Assembly (NCBI GenBank): GCA_044226015.1
Contig: JBGAHS010000002.1
Coordinates: forward strand, 819,435-883,434
DNA length: 64,000 nucleotides
Origin: Candidatus Obscuribacteraceae bacterium
GTDB taxonomy: Bacteria; Cyanobacteriota; Vampirovibrionia; Obscuribacterales; Obscuribacteraceae
Reading direction: 5' to 3'
The position numbers and the translations under genes are program-made. Positions 59,754-64,000 of the stretch are shown one piece after another (the first letter of the stretch is position 1; each line of letters begins with the position of its first letter). The notes below the pieces were generated by a model. That model saw only the letters and a program-made list of their open reading frames with translations. It ran no database searches and was not told where the DNA came from.

Positions 59754-61727
59754 CTAGTTGCTAGATGTCACTTCGGCATCAATGATGTCGTCTGACCCAT
59801 GACTTGAGCTAGCTTTCGGAGCACCATATCCACCACCACCAAAAGGACCGCTATTTGCTCCGAACGGACCGTTAGCAAATGGATTGTTTGCACCTGCTGC
59901 GGCTCCGGCATGCTGCTGTTGAGCGTTCTGAGCGGCTTGCTGCTGGACTTGATTGACTACGTTCTTCATCTCGTCGAGAAGATTCTTGATTTTGCTTACT
60001 TCTGCATTAGCTTTCAAACTAGCCTTGAGTTCGTCAAGGACTATATGCGCTTTAGATGCATCAACAGGCACATTGTTGTCTTTCAAATCTTTCAGTTGAC
60101 GCTCAACCGAGTAACAAACTGAGTCAGCCTCATTTCGAACATCTGCACGTTCTTTGAGTTCGCGATCGCTGACTGCATTGGTTTCAGCCTCTTTCACCAT
60201 TCGCTCAATATCTTCCTTAGTGAGGTTTGTACTTGCGGTTATGGTGATTTTTTGCTCTTTCTGAGTGGAAAGGTCTTTAGCCGTAACATTCAAAATTCCG
60301 TTAGCGTCGATATCAAAAGCCACTTCAATCTGAGGAGTACCTCTTTGAGCAGGCGCGATACCTTCAAGGCGGAAATCTCCAAGCAGTTTGTTATCACGTG
60401 CCATCGGACGTTCACCCTGGAAGACATAGATGTCTACGGCAGGTTGCATATCTTCAGCAGTTGAGAACACCTGAGACTTGTGGGTCGGTATAGTTGTATT
60501 TTTCTCAACTAACTTGGTGAAGACTCCTCCCATGGTTTCGAGTCCCAGAGACAATGGAGTTACGTCGAGAAGTACAACGTCTTTGACTTCACCAGCAAGA
60601 ACTCCGGCTTGAACAGCGGCTCCTACTGCCACCACCTCGTCCGGGTTCACGCTCTGATTAGGCTCTTTGCCACCACTCAAAGTGCGCACCAGTTCTTGCA
60701 CCGCAGGAATACGTGTTGAACCGCCGACCAATACAACCTCATCGATTTCTGATGTAGAAATCTTTGCGTCTTTGATTGCTTGCTCAACCGGCTTGCGGCA
60801 ACGCTCGACTAATTGACGAGTCAGTTCGTTGAATTTAGAACGATTGATTTTGCAATCCAGATGCTTAGGTCCGTCAGCATTGGCTGTAATGAATGGCAGA
60901 GATACAGATGCTTCTGTGATAGAAGACAACTCAATCTTTGCCTTTTCGGCAGCCTCAGTCAAACGTTGCAATGCCTGAACATCTGCACGAAGGTCGATGC
61001 CCTCTTGCTTCTTAAATTCATCAGCAAGATAGTCAACGATACAACGGTCGAAGTCATCACCACCTAAATGAGTGTCACCGTGAGTTGCTTTAACTTCATA
61101 CAATCCATCGCCCACTTCCAGGATGGACACATCAAACGTGCCACCACCCAAGTCGAACACCATGATTGTGTGTTGCTTTGCCCCTTTATCCATACCGTAG
61201 GCAAGAGCAGCAGCTGTCGGCTCATTTATGATGCGCAGAACATCTAAGCCTGCAATAGTGCCAGCATTTTTTGTTGCCTGCCTTTGAGAGTCATTGAAGT
61301 ACGCGGGCACAGTTATAACAGCACTCGTCACCTTCTCGCCCAGATATTTTTCCGCATCTTCCTTCAGCTTGCGAAGGATCATTGCCGAGATTTCCTCTGG
61401 ACTATAATCACGTCCTTGAAGGGTAACTTTACAGCCACCATCTGGACCCTTAACGACTTTATATGAAACTAGATGACGCTCGGAATCGACTTCATCGAAA
61501 TGCCGACCCATAAACCTCTTTATTGAATAAACAGTGTTGGTCGGGTTTAAGACTGCCTGCCGTCGAGCTAGCTGTCCAACCAGGCGCTCACCAGATTTGC
61601 TAAATGCCACTACTGACGGAGTCGTTCTACCTCCCTCAGCGTTTGCAATAACGACAGGCTTACCACCTTCCATTACTGCCACAACCGAGTTCGTGGTGCC
61701 AAGGTCTATACCAACTGATTTTCCCAT
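59754..61727 (-). CDS. dnaK: Molecular chaperone DnaK (Hsp70)
   Basis: [72 protein letters not shown]. Confidence 0.98.
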   Translation of the reverse strand: MGKSVGIDLGTTNSVVAVMEGGKPVVIANAEGGRTTPSVVAFSKSGERLVGQLARRQAVLNPTNTVYSIKRFMGRHFDEVDSERHLVSYKVVKGPDGGCKVTLQGRDYSPEEISAMILRKLKEDAEKYLGEKVTSAVITVPAYFNDSQRQATKNAGTIAGLDVLRIINEPTAAALAYGMDKGAKQHTIMVFDLGGGTFDVSILEVGDGLYEVKATHGDTHLGGDDFDRCIVDYLADEFKKQEGIDLRADVQALQRLTEAAEKAKIELSSITEASVSLPFITANADGPKHLDCKINRSKFNELTRQLVERCRKPVEQAIKDAKISTSEIDEVVLVGGSTRIPAVQELVRTLSGGKEPNQSVNPDEVVAVGAAVQAGVLAGEVKDVVLLDVTPLSLGLETMGGVFTKLVEKNTTIPTHKSQVFSTAEDMQPAVDIYVFQGERPMARDNKLLGDFRLEGIAPAQRGTPQIEVAFDIDANGILNVTAKDLSTQKEQKITITASTNLTKEDIERMVKEAETNAVSDRELKERADVRNEADSVCYSVERQLKDLKDNNVPVDASKAHIVLDELKASLKANAEVSKIKNLLDEMKNVVNQVQQQAAQNAQQQHAGAAAGANNPFANGPFGANSGPFGGGGYGAPKASSSHGSDDIIDAEVTSSN

Positions 61728-62056
61728 GTTTCAATCCCTCTTAGAGATGCCTAAACCTGCCCCAATCCACGGTTTGACCGTTAGCAACTGAGGTTTGCGC
61801 TGTTCGTTTTACCGAACCAATTTTTTCAAACTAAGCCAGAACGATAGGGAGCTATTACACTTTATTTCGAACTGGTCTCAGACGAAAGTTCGTCTATATT
61901 TTTCATACTACGTGAATGGAGTCATTCCGTAGTCATCAACAATTTCTTAACAGATTTCTCTTGAACACCGGACCCATATTTCCCGATTTCACTACATCTT
62001 GGGGACTTTCCCAGTTAAATTTCGGCTACCCCGAAAAAAGTGGTCCATATTGGAAA

Positions 62057-62704
62057 TTACTCTTTCAACTTATAGTCAAAAGGGAAGCTGTTCGTCTTTC
62101 CATCGGTGGTATCTTCAACATCAACATGCAGTGATTTTGCTCCAGTTTTCTTGTAGACCACTTTGACGTGATGATTTTTATTGCCATTATCAAAAGTCGC
62201 CTCCGAGTCTGATGAGCTGATCAACTTCAAATCTCCAGCCTCGTCTTTGTCCGCCCACGGCACAAAATCAGCATTCAAATGCTTCATCCGCAATACCGTG
62301 GTGTCAGCGAGCTTGACCACAGCAAGCAACTCATAGAATGTGGTGCGAGACTCTTTTATAAATCGACAATACCCCACGAGACTGTCACCCTGCGGTGCTG
62401 ACCATGCTTCCTCTACGTACGCTCCGGACGTGGTTCTACCCTCCCAAACACCTTGCATGAAAGCAAGCGATTTGAGACCAGCTGCGTGCTCTCTGCCAGC
62501 GTCGGTGGAAGGGTCTCGGTTTGCTTCCTCGCTTACCACTGGCTTCGGAGCTGCTGCAGGCGCCTCATCTTTTTTGGCGTCCTTAGTTGGGATAGGACTT
62601 TTTGACACTTCAGCTGCGTTGCCGGCTTGCACAAAGGCATTTGCCAGAAAACTGATGAACATTAGCGTCTTCACCAGGTGGCTCGTTGAAAATGTTATTT
62701 GCAT
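62057..62704 (-). CDS. Secreted protein, DUF6265-like
   Basis: GGAGG RBS, signal peptide, LAFMQGVWEG...VEEAWSAP.GDSLVG...FYE...LRMKH. Confidence 0.7.
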   Translation of the reverse strand: MQITFSTSHLVKTLMFISFLANAFVQAGNAAEVSKSPIPTKDAKKDEAPAAAPKPVVSEEANRDPSTDAGREHAAGLKSLAFMQGVWEGRTTSGAYVEEAWSAPQGDSLVGYCRFIKESRTTFYELLAVVKLADTTVLRMKHLNADFVPWADKDEAGDLKLISSSDSEATFDNGNKNHHVKVVYKKTGAKSLHVDVEDTTDGKTNSFPFDYKLKE

Positions 62705-63198
62705 ATATGCCTCCAGATCTAGGCGAGTACAAAACAAGTCAGGCGAAAACAAGCTTCCTCAGTTCCTCAGAACCGCTCATCGCTCGGATATTTGACGGAT
62801 GCTCTGACAAAAGAACTCTACAGCAACTCAAATTTTACGAGCAAGAAATTGATTAATGTGCCAATAGTAACAAGACTGGTAGCTTGCTTCGTTAGCGCAA
62901 ACTCTATCGCTAACACAGCGTCCAATTTTGCCTCTGCTTCTCGGAAGCCTTTACTGCTATGTCGTTTCGAGCGAAAAGGCAACTGAGCTAGAAGCTCGAT
63001 GGCAGCTGACTCAAGGCTACCCTAACCATTTCCTCAGTTTATTTAATTCAACTTGTCAAAATATCCGTAAATTGGGGGTTTGCCGATTCTTCCCGATAAA
63101 TTACAGTACTCGGGGAATTCCACCACTGACAAAAGGCTAGTTGTCATGTAGTGTTTAACCATCAAAATACTGGCGTATCTAGAATTGGCGTAATATCA

Positions 63199-63801
63199 AT
63201 GGTTTCAACCTCCAGAACAGTACTTTCTTTGGCCTTATTGGCTTCAGTTGTTACTTGCACGGGCTCTGCTTTAGCAGTTGAGCTAAGCAGCAAGCCAGCA
63301 GTTCCAGCTCATCACAAAATGGTGCAAAAGGCTTACAAAAGCATCAAACAAGGCGACTACGACAATGCAATTCCACTGCTTAAGAAGGCAGTTGAGATTG
63401 ACCCAAGCAACACTGATGCACATAGATATCTTGCATATTCATATCTAAAGAAGGGACTCGTAACACTTTCACTGAGCGAATCAAAAGCTCTAGTGGAAGG
63501 CGGCAGTCGAATTCCTCACGACCATTTCGCGCTCGGAGAAGCAAATTTCTACAACAGCAAATTCAAAGAAGCACTCCGAAATTACAAGGACGCTCTAGTT
63601 CTTGATCCAAAATTCACAGATGCTCGTATGGGCGTGATTCGCTCGCTTCTAGCAATGAACAAGACTCAAGAAGCGAAAGCCATCTGCGAAGACGCAGCGT
63701 ACAACTCTCCAACTATTCAGTCCAAGGGTCAATTTAAGAAACTGTTGAATGAAATGAATTCGCGAACACAAATCGCGACCACAATTAAATACGGGAGCTA
63801 A
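63199..63801 (+). CDS. Secreted TPR protein
   Basis: Signal peptide ending ALA; TPRs (GDYDNAIPLLKKAVEIDPSN.DAHRYLA; HFALGEA...ALVLDPKF). Confidence 0.8.
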   Translation: MVSTSRTVLSLALLASVVTCTGSALAVELSSKPAVPAHHKMVQKAYKSIKQGDYDNAIPLLKKAVEIDPSNTDAHRYLAYSYLKKGLVTLSLSESKALVEGGSRIPHDHFALGEANFYNSKFKEALRNYKDALVLDPKFTDARMGVIRSLLAMNKTQEAKAICEDAAYNSPTIQSKGQFKKLLNEMNSRTQIATTIKYGS

Positions 63802-64000
63802 TAATGACTCGAATGTGTAGATATCGAAGAAAGGGATATACATTAGCAGAAGCACCAGCCGCTCTCTGGGTCACATTTGTCTTGCTGTTTATGCCGCTGT
63901 TTTGCCTGGTCACTTGCTTGATCAGATATTCATTCCTTCTAACAGCGGCACATGAAGCCGCATATGAAGCAGCGATATCCAAAACATTCTCAACAGATGT

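Noticed and set aside
62891..62914. CIRCE element (GTTAGCG...CGCTAAC)
   Set aside because: Does not match TTAGCACTC-N9-GAGTGCTAA in sequence or length, and is not directly upstream of dnaK
63785..64000. Partial minus-strand gene at the window edge
   Set aside because: The frame is open to the edge but has no recognisable motif and overlaps the TPR gene stop; cannot be judged from this window
1..64000. The many short ORFs in the track that overlap the called genes on other frames or strands
   Set aside because: Shadow ORFs of long motif-bearing genes, with no independent RBS or domain signal

Overview
Gene-dense 64 kb bacterial chromosomal window. I found no rRNA, intact tRNA, CRISPR array or transposase. 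KdsC and the Gram-negative-type DnaK insertion indicate a diderm cell. A cyanobacterial-type single-RRM protein, many membrane Ser/Thr kinase-TPR proteins, large orphan ORFs and the lack of photosynthesis genes suggest a non-photosynthetic cyanobacterial relative (Vampirovibrionia/Melainabacteria, Obscuribacterales-like); this is an inference. Recognisable genes: two type II toxin-antitoxin pairs, two YkuD-family L,D-transpeptidase-fold genes, MOSC, NiCoT, amrS, FAD oxidoreductase-SLH, kdsC, M16 protease, osmC, galT/galK, SWIM-SNF2 helicase, a TerY-P (vWA/PP2C/kinase) triad, a bacterial alpha-2-macroglobulin and dnaK. The most striking element is a 1010-aa tandem sensor histidine kinase with reciprocally degenerate halves: module 1 lost the phospho-His but keeps its ATP-binding boxes, and module 2 keeps the His but lost those boxes. 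It is divergently paired with a Hanks-type kinase carrying a similar TM-sensor-TM-HAMP module. Also seen: a frameshifted LRV-repeat gene, REP-like repeats translated inside a kinase tail, a GTAG-REP/hairpin cluster, and a degenerate tRNA/tmRNA 3'-end remnant. All calls come from motif reading by eye; no database searches were run.
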